Below, piece after piece: positions 26,557-35,700 of a DNA stretch of 64,000 nt (its first letter is position 1; the number at the start of each line of letters is the position of its first letter). The position numbers were made by a program, and so were the translations under genes. This DNA is from an uncultured Bacillota bacterium. Its GTDB lineage: Bacteria > Bacillota_I > Bacilli_A > RFN20 > CAG-288. The notes below the pieces were generated by a model that worked only from the letters and a program-made list of their open reading frames with translations, was not told the DNA's origin and did not search any database. Location of the stretch: positions 4,961 through 68,960 of the forward strand of contig CASGEC010000002.1 in the NCBI GenBank assembly GCA_949300365.1, given 5' to 3'.

Positions 26557-27051
26557 ATGAAAGCAATGGTACTGGGCGACACGCACGGAGACGTTACCTA
26601 TCTTGGAAAGGCCCTTGAGATCTTCGAGGAGGAGAAAATCGACAGGCTCTATCTTACCGGGGACCTCCTTCCACAGTCGGCGAAGATGCTGGATTTCCTT
26701 TCGGCGAAGATCGTCGCCGTCAGCGGAAACTGCGATAGCTATTACCAGACGGAGCAGTCGGTCCATTTTCCGATGCCCTTGATCAACTACACGGGCTTCA
26801 ACGGAAAGACCGTCGCTATCACCCACGGCCATTTCTACGATGCCTATTCCATCCCCATCGACTATGACATCCTGATCCTCGGACACAGCCATGTCTCGAC
26901 TATCCGTCGCCTTGGCTCCCGTCTTGTCCTCAATCCGGGATCCCTTGCCCAGCCCCGGGATGGCATCCATTCCTACATGATCCTTGATGAAAAGGCCATC
27001 CGCCTTTTCGATATCGTGAATGGAAGTCTCATCCAGAAGGTCGACTTCTAG
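26557..27051 (+). CDS. YfcE/MJ0936-type metallophosphoesterase
   Basis: Motifs GDTHG, TGD, GNCD, THGH and GHSH. Confidence 0.8.
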   Translation: MKAMVLGDTHGDVTYLGKALEIFEEEKIDRLYLTGDLLPQSAKMLDFLSAKIVAVSGNCDSYYQTEQSVHFPMPLINYTGFNGKTVAITHGHFYDAYSIPIDYDILILGHSHVSTIRRLGSRLVLNPGSLAQPRDGIHSYMILDEKAIRLFDIVNGSLIQKVDF

Positions 27052-27064
27052 AAAGGAGAGGAAA

Positions 27065-27601
27065 ATGCTCTTTTATATCGGTTCGGATATCCACGGCTCT
27101 CTCAAATACGGGAAGATGTTCATCGACAAGGCCATCGAAAACAAGGCCGACAGGATCATCCTCTTGGGGGACATGTATTACAACGGCGCCCGGAACGTCC
27201 CTCCGGAAGGCTATTCCCCAAGGGATGTCGTCCTTCTTCTCAATGCGGTTGCCGACAGGATCCTTGCCGTCAAGGGAAACTGCGAAAGCGAGGTCGATTC
27301 GATGGTGAGCGACTTCATGATCAACGATAGCCTTGCCCTCTTTGCCTTCGACAAGGCGATGATCTTCGTCCACGGCCACCACCTTTCCTTCGCGAACCTT
27401 CCCAAGAATCCGGGCGATGTCTTCTTCCAGGGCCATACCCATGTTTCGGTCCTGAAAAAGGAAGGGAAGACGATCCTTGCCAATCCGGGTTCGATCTCCC
27501 TTCCCAAGGATGGAAGGCATTCCTACATGACGATGGACGAGAAGGGAATAAGGCTTCTTGACCTTCTAGACGATTGCCTTGTCTCCTTCCTTCCCTTTTA
27601 G
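27065..27601 (+). CDS. second YfcE-type metallophosphoesterase (tandem paralog)
   Basis: Motifs SDIHG, LGD, GNCE, VHGH and GHTH. AGGAGAGG SD lies before ATG 27065. Confidence 0.8.
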   Translation: MLFYIGSDIHGSLKYGKMFIDKAIENKADRIILLGDMYYNGARNVPPEGYSPRDVVLLLNAVADRILAVKGNCESEVDSMVSDFMINDSLALFAFDKAMIFVHGHHLSFANLPKNPGDVFFQGHTHVSVLKKEGKTILANPGSISLPKDGRHSYMTMDEKGIRLLDLLDDCLVSFLPF

Positions 27602-28837
27602 ATGCTCGTAGGCCAGGAAAGTTCCCTCGAGGCCTTGGATCGTAAAGGCCCCGACTTTCTCGTATCCGTACTTTGTTAGGAGTGCCTGCATCGCCTTGTT
27701 GTGTTCGCTCGTGTCGATGCGGACGTTGTCGAAGTTCTCTTGGATGTATTCCAGACACCTTTTTCCGCCGCCCTTCTTCATGCTGCACAGGCGGTGGATG
27801 GCAACGTAGTCCTTGTCGCCGTTAAACTTTCCGGTCAGGAGGTTTTCGTAGTTTTCCTCCGGTCCCTTTATCGCCGAGAAGCAGGCAACAGGCTTTCCCT
27901 TGTAGCGGAGGACATATAGGGAAGAATCCCAGAAATCCTCCAGGGCATGATCGATCGTGGGATAGTCCTCGTCCCATTGGCAGGTGTTTCCGCTCTCGTA
28001 CATCCTCTTCCTTCCCCAGTCATAGATTTCCTGGACGGACGTGAGGTCCTTTTTCCTGGCCTTGTGGATTTCATAGAAGCAATGGGAAGATAGCCTTTCC
28101 GTCAGAAGGAAGAGACGGCCTTCCTCCTTGTGACGGAGGAAGCGGTAGTAGCAATAGGAAAGAAGGGCAAGGACGAGGACAAGAAGAAGGAAGCCGAAGA
28201 TGAGAACGACCCAAGTCACAGGCAAGAAGGTCGAATAGTCGATCGTTCCGAAGACGCACATGAAGAGGACGCCGAAGTTGCGGAAGATGAGGGTGCAGAG
28301 AAAGTTGTAGAGGAAGGACATGTCCGTCATGCCCGCGATGAGGCAGATCGTGTCATCGGGGAAGAAAGGCAAGGCATACATCATCGGGATGACGGCCTTT
28401 CCGCCTAGGGTCAGGTATTTCTGGAACTTCTCGGTGTTTTCCTTTCCGGCGATCCAGTTGACGATCTTCTTTCCGCCAAGACGGCCGACAAGGAACATCA
28501 GGGAAGAGGTAAGGACGACGGAAGTCGCACAAAGGGCGAAGGTCAAGGCCATGTCCTGAGGCGTCTTGTAGTTGAAGAGCATGTTGGCCAAGGCGATGGT
28601 GAACATCGAGGAGATGCCCGGGACGAGATTGATGAGCGGTGCGATTATAAGATAGAGGACATAGCTGAAGACTCTGTTTTCCTTTGTCCAGCCTTGGAAG
28701 ATATCCGTCAGCTTTCCCTCGCCCAAGAAGAGGTTGAAGAGATAGGCGATGAGGATGACGGCCAAAAGAACGATCAGAAGGACCGACAGGGCACGGAGAA
28801 GGATCTTCCCCTTGCGGTGGAGCTTCTTCCTTTTCAT
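27566..28837 (-). CDS. fusion protein: TVP38/TMEM64 (DedA-related) membrane domain plus C-terminal GNAT acetyltransferase domain
   Basis: Five to six hydrophobic helices in residues 15-235, then a soluble ~180-aa domain with a GNAT-like fold pattern (..AIHRL..KKGGGKRCLEYI..). The start abuts the purB stop. Confidence 0.6.
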   Translation of the reverse strand: MKRKKLHRKGKILLRALSVLLIVLLAVILIAYLFNLFLGEGKLTDIFQGWTKENRVFSYVLYLIIAPLINLVPGISSMFTIALANMLFNYKTPQDMALTFALCATSVVLTSSLMFLVGRLGGKKIVNWIAGKENTEKFQKYLTLGGKAVIPMMYALPFFPDDTICLIAGMTDMSFLYNFLCTLIFRNFGVLFMCVFGTIDYSTFLPVTWVVLIFGFLLLVLVLALLSYCYYRFLRHKEEGRLFLLTERLSSHCFYEIHKARKKDLTSVQEIYDWGRKRMYESGNTCQWDEDYPTIDHALEDFWDSSLYVLRYKGKPVACFSAIKGPEENYENLLTGKFNGDKDYVAIHRLCSMKKGGGKRCLEYIQENFDNVRIDTSEHNKAMQALLTKYGYEKVGAFTIQGLEGTFLAYEHLKGKEGDKAIV

Positions 28838-30268
28838 CTAGACATTGACCTCGGTAGCGACCTCTTCCCTTTCTTCCTTTCCAAGATAGGGAAGGACGAT
28901 GTTCTCAAGGAAGTCTTCGCATTGCCTTGCGGCCAAGCCGGTGAACTTCTTCGGGGAAAGGAGGGATTCGATCTCCTTCTTCGTCAAGCGGAAGGAAGGA
29001 TCCTCCTCGATGAGGTCGAGAAGACGGTTCTTCTTTCCCAGGGCGACTTCGCTGGAGCAGGCCCTGGAGAGGACACGGATCTTTTCGTGGAGCTCTTGCC
29101 TGTCGCCACCCTTCTTGACGGCCTCCATGAGGATGTTCTCGCTGGCCAGGAAGGGGAGGTTGTCCATAAGCCTTCTCTCGATGATTTCCCTGTTGACGAC
29201 AAGGCGGTCGACGATGGTGGAAAGGATGTTGAGAATGCCATCGATTCCAAGGAAGACGTCCGGGATGGCAAGCCTTCTATTGGCGGAATCATCCAGGGTT
29301 CTTTCAAAGCACTGGTCAGCGGATGTGAAGTCGAAATTGCTTGAAACCGTCAAGACATACCGCGCCAAGGCGCAGACTCTCTCCGAGAGCATCGGGTTTT
29401 TCTTGTAGGGCATGGCCGAGGAGCCGACCTGGTTCTTGAGCAGCCCTTCCTGGACTTCCATGAAGGAGGAGGCGATACGCAGATCAAGAGCGAACTTGTA
29501 GCTTGAGGAGGCAATGCCTTTTAAGGGCGAGACAAGATAGGTATCGATCTTGCGGGTATAGGTCTGTCCGGAGACAGGAAGCGTACTGGAAAAGCCCATC
29601 TTCTCGGCAAGGATCCCATCGAGCTTAAGGACCTTTTCCTCATCGCCCTGGAAGAGATCGAGGAAGCTTGCCTGGGTACCTGTCGCGCCCTTGCAACCGA
29701 GGGGAACCAGAGAAGAAAGCTGGTAGTCCAGGTTCTTCAGGTCGAGGAAAAGCTCCTGGATATAAAGGGAGAACCTTTTCCCGATCGTCGTTGGCTGGGC
29801 AGGCTGGAGGTGGGTATAGCCAAGACAGCTTACGTCCTTGTTCTCCAAGGCGAAGGCGGAAAGCTTTCCAATGACGAGGACAAGCTTCTTCCGGATGAGA
29901 TGATAGCCTTCCCTTAGGGCAAGGATGTCGGCATTGTCATCGACATAGCAGGAAGTCGCACCGAGATGGATGATCTTCTTGGCCGTGGGACAGAGAAGGC
30001 CATAGGCGTAGATATTTGCCATGACGTCATGGCGGACCTCCTTTTCCCTTTGGTGGATGGCAGCAAGGTCGATATCCTCGACATGGGCCTTGAGTTCATC
30101 GATCTGCGTTTGCGAGATATCCAGTCCCAACTCTTTTTCGGCCTCTGCAAGGTAGACCCAGAGTGTCCGGAAACGACGGACCCTTTCCTTTTCGGAGAAG
30201 ATCTTTTGCATTTCCTTGCTGGCATAACGGCTGGAAAGGGGGGAGACGAAAAGCGATTCCTCATTCAT
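28838..30268 (-). CDS. purB: adenylosuccinate lyase
   Basis: N-terminus SPLSSRYASKEM and fumarate-lyase signature GSSAMPYKKNP. Start set at ATG 30268, 8 nt after AAGGAGG. Confidence 0.93.
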   Translation of the reverse strand: MNEESLFVSPLSSRYASKEMQKIFSEKERVRRFRTLWVYLAEAEKELGLDISQTQIDELKAHVEDIDLAAIHQREKEVRHDVMANIYAYGLLCPTAKKIIHLGATSCYVDDNADILALREGYHLIRKKLVLVIGKLSAFALENKDVSCLGYTHLQPAQPTTIGKRFSLYIQELFLDLKNLDYQLSSLVPLGCKGATGTQASFLDLFQGDEEKVLKLDGILAEKMGFSSTLPVSGQTYTRKIDTYLVSPLKGIASSSYKFALDLRIASSFMEVQEGLLKNQVGSSAMPYKKNPMLSERVCALARYVLTVSSNFDFTSADQCFERTLDDSANRRLAIPDVFLGIDGILNILSTIVDRLVVNREIIERRLMDNLPFLASENILMEAVKKGGDRQELHEKIRVLSRACSSEVALGKKNRLLDLIEEDPSFRLTKKEIESLLSPKKFTGLAARQCEDFLENIVLPYLGKEEREEVATEVNV

Positions 30269-31409
30269 GGTTCTTACCTCCTTGTCGGTCAAGGCCAAAA
30301 AAGGATTCCAAGAAGGACCTCTCTTTGGAAACGGCCGTGATGATTTTATCTTTATTGCCTGCCTTTTTTCTAGTAGGCTTTCCCAAAAGGATAGGACGCA
30401 AAAGGCCCATCTTCCTAAGCCTTTCCCTTGCCTTGCCCTCTATTTTTCCCGAGACGGTGACAAAGGGGATTTTCTTCTTCTCACAGAGCTTTGCAAGGAC
30501 ACCGGTTGCCTTTCCTTCCAGGGAGGAGAGATCGATATTCCCTTCCCCGAGGAAGACAAGGTCTGCTTGCCTTAGTTTGCTGGGAAGTCTGAGAAGATCG
30601 ATGATGGCCTTGGCTCCGCTTTGGTATTCTGCCTTGAGATAGAGAAGACAGGAAAAGCCGACCCCACCGGCCGCAGCGGCACCAGGATGGTTCAAAACGG
30701 ATATCCCCCTTTCCTTTTCCATTTCCCGGGAGAGTCTTTCGACGATCCTTTCCAGGAGAGGAAGCTCTTCCTTTGGCGTTCCTTTCTGCTGGGCATAGCG
30801 ATAGACGGCTCCTTTCTTTCCAAGAAGCGGAGAGGAGGTGTCCGTGGCAAGGACAAAGTGGGAATCCTGGATTCTCTTGTCCAATCCGGAGGCATCGATC
30901 TTCTCTACCTTTTCCATCGTCTTGGAACTGGGAAGGAAAGGACCATCATGACCGATGAATTTCACGCCCAAGGCCGCAAGCATCCCACAGCCCAAGTCCG
31001 TCGAGGAGGATCCCCCGAGGAAGAGGACAAAGGAGCGGATATTCCTGTCGAGGGCATCCTTGATCTGCTCCCCAAAGCCCAATGTCGTCCTTCTTTCCGG
31101 AAGGCGCTCTTCCGTCTTGGCAAGGCCGGAGGTTTCGCAAAGGGCGATATAGGCCGTGTTCTTCCTATCGACCAGATAGAAGGATTCCTCTTCTTTTTGG
31201 ATGCCATAGACCATGGTCCTGACCTTTTTGAATTCCTTTGGCCGGGCCTGAAGAAGACTCGAGAGCGTGCCATCGCCGCCATCGGCAATCGGAAAGGCAT
31301 GGAAAAGGGTATCGGGAAGGAAGGAGAGACCTTCCTTGATGGCGCCATTAGCCTCCGTGGCGCTCAATGTCCCCTTGAAGGCATTGGCGCAAAGAAAGAT
31401 GTCATGCAT
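30261..31409 (-). CDS. glxK: glycerate kinase
   Basis: Motifs AFKGTLSA and PIADGGDGT, about 380 aa. Confidence 0.85.
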   Translation of the reverse strand: MHDIFLCANAFKGTLSATEANGAIKEGLSFLPDTLFHAFPIADGGDGTLSSLLQARPKEFKKVRTMVYGIQKEEESFYLVDRKNTAYIALCETSGLAKTEERLPERRTTLGFGEQIKDALDRNIRSFVLFLGGSSSTDLGCGMLAALGVKFIGHDGPFLPSSKTMEKVEKIDASGLDKRIQDSHFVLATDTSSPLLGKKGAVYRYAQQKGTPKEELPLLERIVERLSREMEKERGISVLNHPGAAAAGGVGFSCLLYLKAEYQSGAKAIIDLLRLPSKLRQADLVFLGEGNIDLSSLEGKATGVLAKLCEKKKIPFVTVSGKIEGKARERLRKMGLLRPILLGKPTRKKAGNKDKIITAVSKERSFLESFFGLDRQGGKNHE

Positions 31410-31474
31410 GCCCTATATTATGAATCAAAGCGTGTCCAACGGACTATAATGAAAGGAAAATAGGAGGTAGAAAA

Positions 31475-32029
31475 ATGCCAGAGAAAAAATACACGGTCAC
31501 GATACAGGCCAACCAGAAGACAATGCTTCTTCTCCAGGGAGTCGTCCTCCTTGCCATCGGCATCCTTCTTTGCTGCTCGGTATCCCTGACCAAGATCGTC
31601 AATGTCGTCCTCGGCGTGGCGTTGCTCTTGGGAGGGCTTGTCAATCTCCTTGCCTGCTTCATGGAGCACAAGAGCGTCATCCGGACGGAAGGCGTCTTCG
31701 CCTCGGCCCTGATTGCCATGGGTATCCTCTGCTTCATCCAGAATCTCTTCCCCGTGGATGCCCTTATCCGGATGTTCATCATCGTCGTCGGTGCTATCGC
31801 CCTTCTTGATGGCCTTCTGGGCCTTCTTCCTGCCGTCAACCGCAAAAAGGTTCCGACCCTTGTGGAAGCTCTTGTCGGTGCCGTCCTTCTGACCCTTGGC
31901 CTGTGCCTTTGGTTTATCAGCGACTTTGCCCACTATGCTTCCCTGGTCCTTGGAATCGGCTTCATCCTTCTTTCCATCCTGCTCTTTGTCTCCGTCTATA
32001 TCCTCTCTTCCGGAAAGCGCATCAAGTAG
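31475..32029 (+). CDS. DUF308/HdeD-like membrane protein
   Basis: Six predicted helices with repeated G-rich LLGG/LDGLLGL patterns. Confidence 0.55.
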   Translation: MPEKKYTVTIQANQKTMLLLQGVVLLAIGILLCCSVSLTKIVNVVLGVALLLGGLVNLLACFMEHKSVIRTEGVFASALIAMGILCFIQNLFPVDALIRMFIIVVGAIALLDGLLGLLPAVNRKKVPTLVEALVGAVLLTLGLCLWFISDFAHYASLVLGIGFILLSILLFVSVYILSSGKRIK

Positions 32030-32032
32030 AAG

Positions 32033-32539
32033 ATGCTTCTTCATGTCGACCATGGCTGTCTTCCTCCCTTTGTTCCCGAAAGGAGCCGGGTTTTGATTCT
32101 CGGCTCCTTCCCCTCCGTGGAATCCAGAAGACAGGCTTTCTACTATGCCCACAAGACGAATCGGTTCTTCCCGGCCCTTGCCAAGGCCTTTCAGGAAGAA
32201 ACGCCAATAAGCATTCCGGAAAGGAAGGCCTTCCTAGTAAAACATCGCATCGCCCTATATGACGTCCTTTTTTCTTGCGACATCGAAAAAAGCAAGGACG
32301 ACACGATCGAAAATCCTACTCCCATCGATCTTGAGAGTATCCTTTCCAAGGCGCCAATCAGAGCAATCTTTACTACCGGCAAGAAGGCAGAGACGCTTTT
32401 TCGCCAGTTCTTCGACAAGGACTTCATTCCCCTTCCTTCCTCATCCTCTGCCAATGCCCGTATGTCCCTTGAAGAGCTTGCCACAATCTACGCTGACAAA
32501 ATCCTTCCGTTTCTTGAAGAATCCGCCTCGGTTTGCTAA
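32033..32539 (+). CDS. DNA-deoxyinosine (hypoxanthine) glycosylase, UDG family 6-like
   Basis: ILGSFPSVESR..FYYAHKTNRFF motif and about 165 aa. Call is from remembered family motifs. Confidence 0.55.
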   Translation: MLLHVDHGCLPPFVPERSRVLILGSFPSVESRRQAFYYAHKTNRFFPALAKAFQEETPISIPERKAFLVKHRIALYDVLFSCDIEKSKDDTIENPTPIDLESILSKAPIRAIFTTGKKAETLFRQFFDKDFIPLPSSSSANARMSLEELATIYADKILPFLEESASVC

Positions 32540-32553
32540 TATAGTTGCTTGCT

Positions 32554-32626
32554 GGGCCTGTAGCTCATTTGGGAGAGCGTCTCGTTCGCAACGAGGAGGT
32601 AGTGGGTTCGATCCCCATCAGGTCCA
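32554..32626 (+). tRNA. tRNA-Ala (anticodon CGC)
   Basis: Hand-folded cloverleaf with acceptor GGGCCTG/CAGGTCC, including the G3:U70 Ala identity pair. Anticodon loop TTCGCAA, T-loop TTCGATC. CCA is not encoded. Confidence 0.9.
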
Positions 32627-32664
32627 ATTTTTTTGTGCCCAAAAAGCGTTTGTATTGATGAAAA

Positions 32665-32757
32665 ACAAAAAATCTCTCCCTTGAGGAGAGACAGTGCCTG
32701 ACAACAGGCTGAAGGTTTGGCATTTCTGCTTATTTGGACTTTGTATTGTGATTCGTC
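32665..32757 (-). ncRNA. tracrRNA: predicted tracrRNA
   Basis: Anti-repeat 32732-32754 pairs with repeat nt 1-7 and 9-20. It is followed by hairpin GCCTG-TTGT-CAGGC (32696-32709) and a terminator CTCTCC-TCAAG-GGAGAG (32674-32690) plus a T-run. Its own promoter lies upstream. Confidence 0.65.
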
Positions 32758-32763
32758 TATAAT
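32734..32763 (+). promoter_or_regulatory. candidate cas9 promoter TTGGAC-18-TATAAT
   Basis: Hexamers at 32734-32739 and 32758-32763. AAGGAG SD at 32781-32786. Confidence 0.45.
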
Positions 32764-32790
32764 CATATCAGTAAATCACAAAGGAGTCAA
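32762..32790 (-). promoter_or_regulatory. candidate tracrRNA promoter TTGACT-17-TATGAT
   Basis: On the minus strand, -35 is at 32790-32785 and -10 at 32767-32762. The predicted TSS, about 32756, is at the 5' edge of the anti-repeat. Confidence 0.5.
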
Positions 32791-32795
32791 ATAGT

Positions 32796-35700
32796 ATGAG
32801 CAAAAAGAGTTACTATTATCTCGGTTTGGATATCGGATCAGATTCTGTCGGCTTTTGTGTAACGGATAGAGACTACAACATCGTGGCAAAACGGGCGGTT
32901 CGTTATCGTTTGGACGGAACACGCTATTACACGAGAAAGCATCTCTGGGGTTCTCGGCTTTTCGATGAAGCCTCCTCGGCAGCGGATAGAAGAAGCCACC
33001 GCACGACAAGAAGGAGATACCAAAGAAGACGCTGGCGACTTTTGCTCCTTCGGGAGTTCTTCCAGGACGAAATCGACAAGATCGATCCGACATTCTTTGA
33101 CCGCCTCGATCATTCTTTCTTCCTCGACGAAGACAAACCGGATGCGCTTCGAGGCTTTTCGATTCCCTATCCGGATAAACGGGCAACAAAACAATTTTAT
33201 AAGGATAATAAGACAATCTACCATTTAAGATACAAATTGCTGACTGAGCCGGACTATAAATTCGATCTTCGCGAAATCTATCTGGCCTTCTCCCACATGG
33301 TCAAGTATCGCGGAAACTTCCTTCATGAAGGAGACATTCACCTTGGTTCTTCTAGCTGCGAAGAACTTAAGGGAAAGTTCGACGAACTCGATTCCCTTCT
33401 CTCAGAGATGGATTCCGAGGATGGTGAGCCTGTCGAATTGTTCCATCTGACGAAGGAACAAGCCGAAAAGCTCTATGAGCTCTTCAAGCAGGAAACGCGT
33501 AAGTCCGTCCTCAAGGAGCAGGAAAAAGGAATTCTCCCCCTGGAAAACAACAAAGGCCTGCCGGCTCTTCTTTTGAGCTTGATCAACGGAACGGATGTCA
33601 AAATCGTCGATCTATTCCCGGAATTCAAGGAAGACGAAGGACTCAAGGACGAAAAAGTCCTCTTCAATGGTGATGACTATGAGGCGAAGACAATCCCTCT
33701 TCTTTCCTCTTTAGGCGATGATCTTAAGATGTCCTTGGTGGTGAAGGCAAAGGAAATTTATGACTTCCGCATTTTGACCTATCTCCTTCAGGGAAAGGAG
33801 AGCATCAGCGCTGCCATGGTCTCTTCTTATGAAAAGCATAAGCGCGACCTCAAAAAGCTGAAAGGCCTGATGCGGAAGTATCTCTCCCACGATGTTTATG
33901 TCTCCTTCTTCAAGAAAAAGGATGCCCCGAGTTATGCTTCCTACATTGGCTTCAACAGGCCCAATGGCGGAAAGCAGGAATCATCTCTCAAGCATGGAAC
34001 GAGCAAGGACGATCTCTATAAGAAAATAAGGCAAATCCTGCCGCTTGATCTTGCCGTTTCGGATGAGGACAAGCCAATCTTGAACGAAATCCATCTGGAA
34101 ATGGACAAAGGAACCTTCTTGCCTAGGCAAAACTCCAAGGACAATGGTGTTCTTCCTTATCAGCTGACGTTTGACGAGATGAAGGAAATCATCGACAGAC
34201 AGAAGAAGTTCTATCCTTTCCTGGCTCAGGAAGACAAGGATTTCCGGAATCCCGAAAAGACATGTTACAAGCTTCTTTCCCTTGTTTCCTTCCGGGTTCC
34301 CTATTATGTCGGACCTCTTTCCGAGGATAAGGGCAAAGGATGCGAAAACCACTGGATGAAGAGAAAGGTCGAAGACGTCAAGATCACGCCGTGGAATTTC
34401 TTTGATGTCGTGGACACCTCTGCTAGCGGCGAGGAATTCATCAAGCGCATGAAGAATGTCTGCACCTACTTGCTTAATGAAGAGACACTGCCGAAGAATT
34501 CCTTGCTCTATACGGAATATGCCCTTCTCAACGAGACGAACAACTGGCTCATTAACGGAAAACCCATTTCCCAAGAAGACAAGGAATATCTCATTCGGGA
34601 GGTATACCTGAAAGTGAAGAAGCCGACAAAGACGAACCTCGTGGATGCCCTCTGCCGAAAATACAACGCGGCTTCCAAAAACGAGGTTCGGATTCAGACA
34701 AGGACCGCTGCCAACCTGGAAGCTGAGGACATTCACGCCAATCTCATCCCTTGGATAGACATGATAACGATCTTCGGAAAGGATGTCCTCGAGAAACCGG
34801 AAGTCCGTGAGAAAGCCGAAAAGGCAATCGAGACAATCACCGTCTTCGAATCCCGGAAGGAAAAGCAGAAGAAGCTTCAGGAACTCGGCCTTGGCAAGGA
34901 CGAGATAAAGAAGTTGGTCAATCTCAATTACTCCGGATGGGGCAAGCTCTCCAAATCGCTTCTCGATGGCATAACGACCCCAGTCGTCAACAGCCAAACG
35001 GCCGAAGAACAGGATCTGACGATCATTGAATTGATGCTCCGCGAGCCCTTGAATCTGATGGAAATCATCGAGTCGAAGAACAAGTTCGATTTCCGTCAGA
35101 AGATCGACGAGTTGAACGAGGAAGGCCAACTGACCCTCGAGGATGTCATCGAAAGCGAATATGTCTCTCCAGGCATGAGGCGTGCCCTTCATCAGTCCGT
35201 CAAGGTCGTCCAGGAACTGAAGAAGATCCTTGGTATCGAGAAAGAGGGATTCGACTCCTATTTCGTCGAATGTACAAGAGAAAAGAGCAAAACGCCGACG
35301 CGGACGGTTTCCCGTTTGCAAAAGCTGAAGAACCTTTACGATGCCCTGAAAGTCGATGATAAGGAACTAAGGGAGAGTCTAGAGGAAGAAACGAATGAGA
35401 CACTTCAGAAGGATAAGCTTTTCCTTTACTATCTCCAACTAGGAAAATCGGTCTATACCGGAATGCCAATCGGCCTAGACAATTTAAAGGATTATGACAT
35501 CGACCACATCATTCCACAGGAAAAGCTGAAGGACGACAGCATCGACAATCGAGTCCTTGTCGAAAAGGCCATCAACAATAAGAAGAGCGATTCTTATCCG
35601 ATTCCGAAGGATTGCCTTACCGATGAAGGTAGAAAACAAATTGAAGTTCTCTACAGTAAGATGGTTGATAAGAACCATGTCCTCATGTCGAGTGAGAAGT

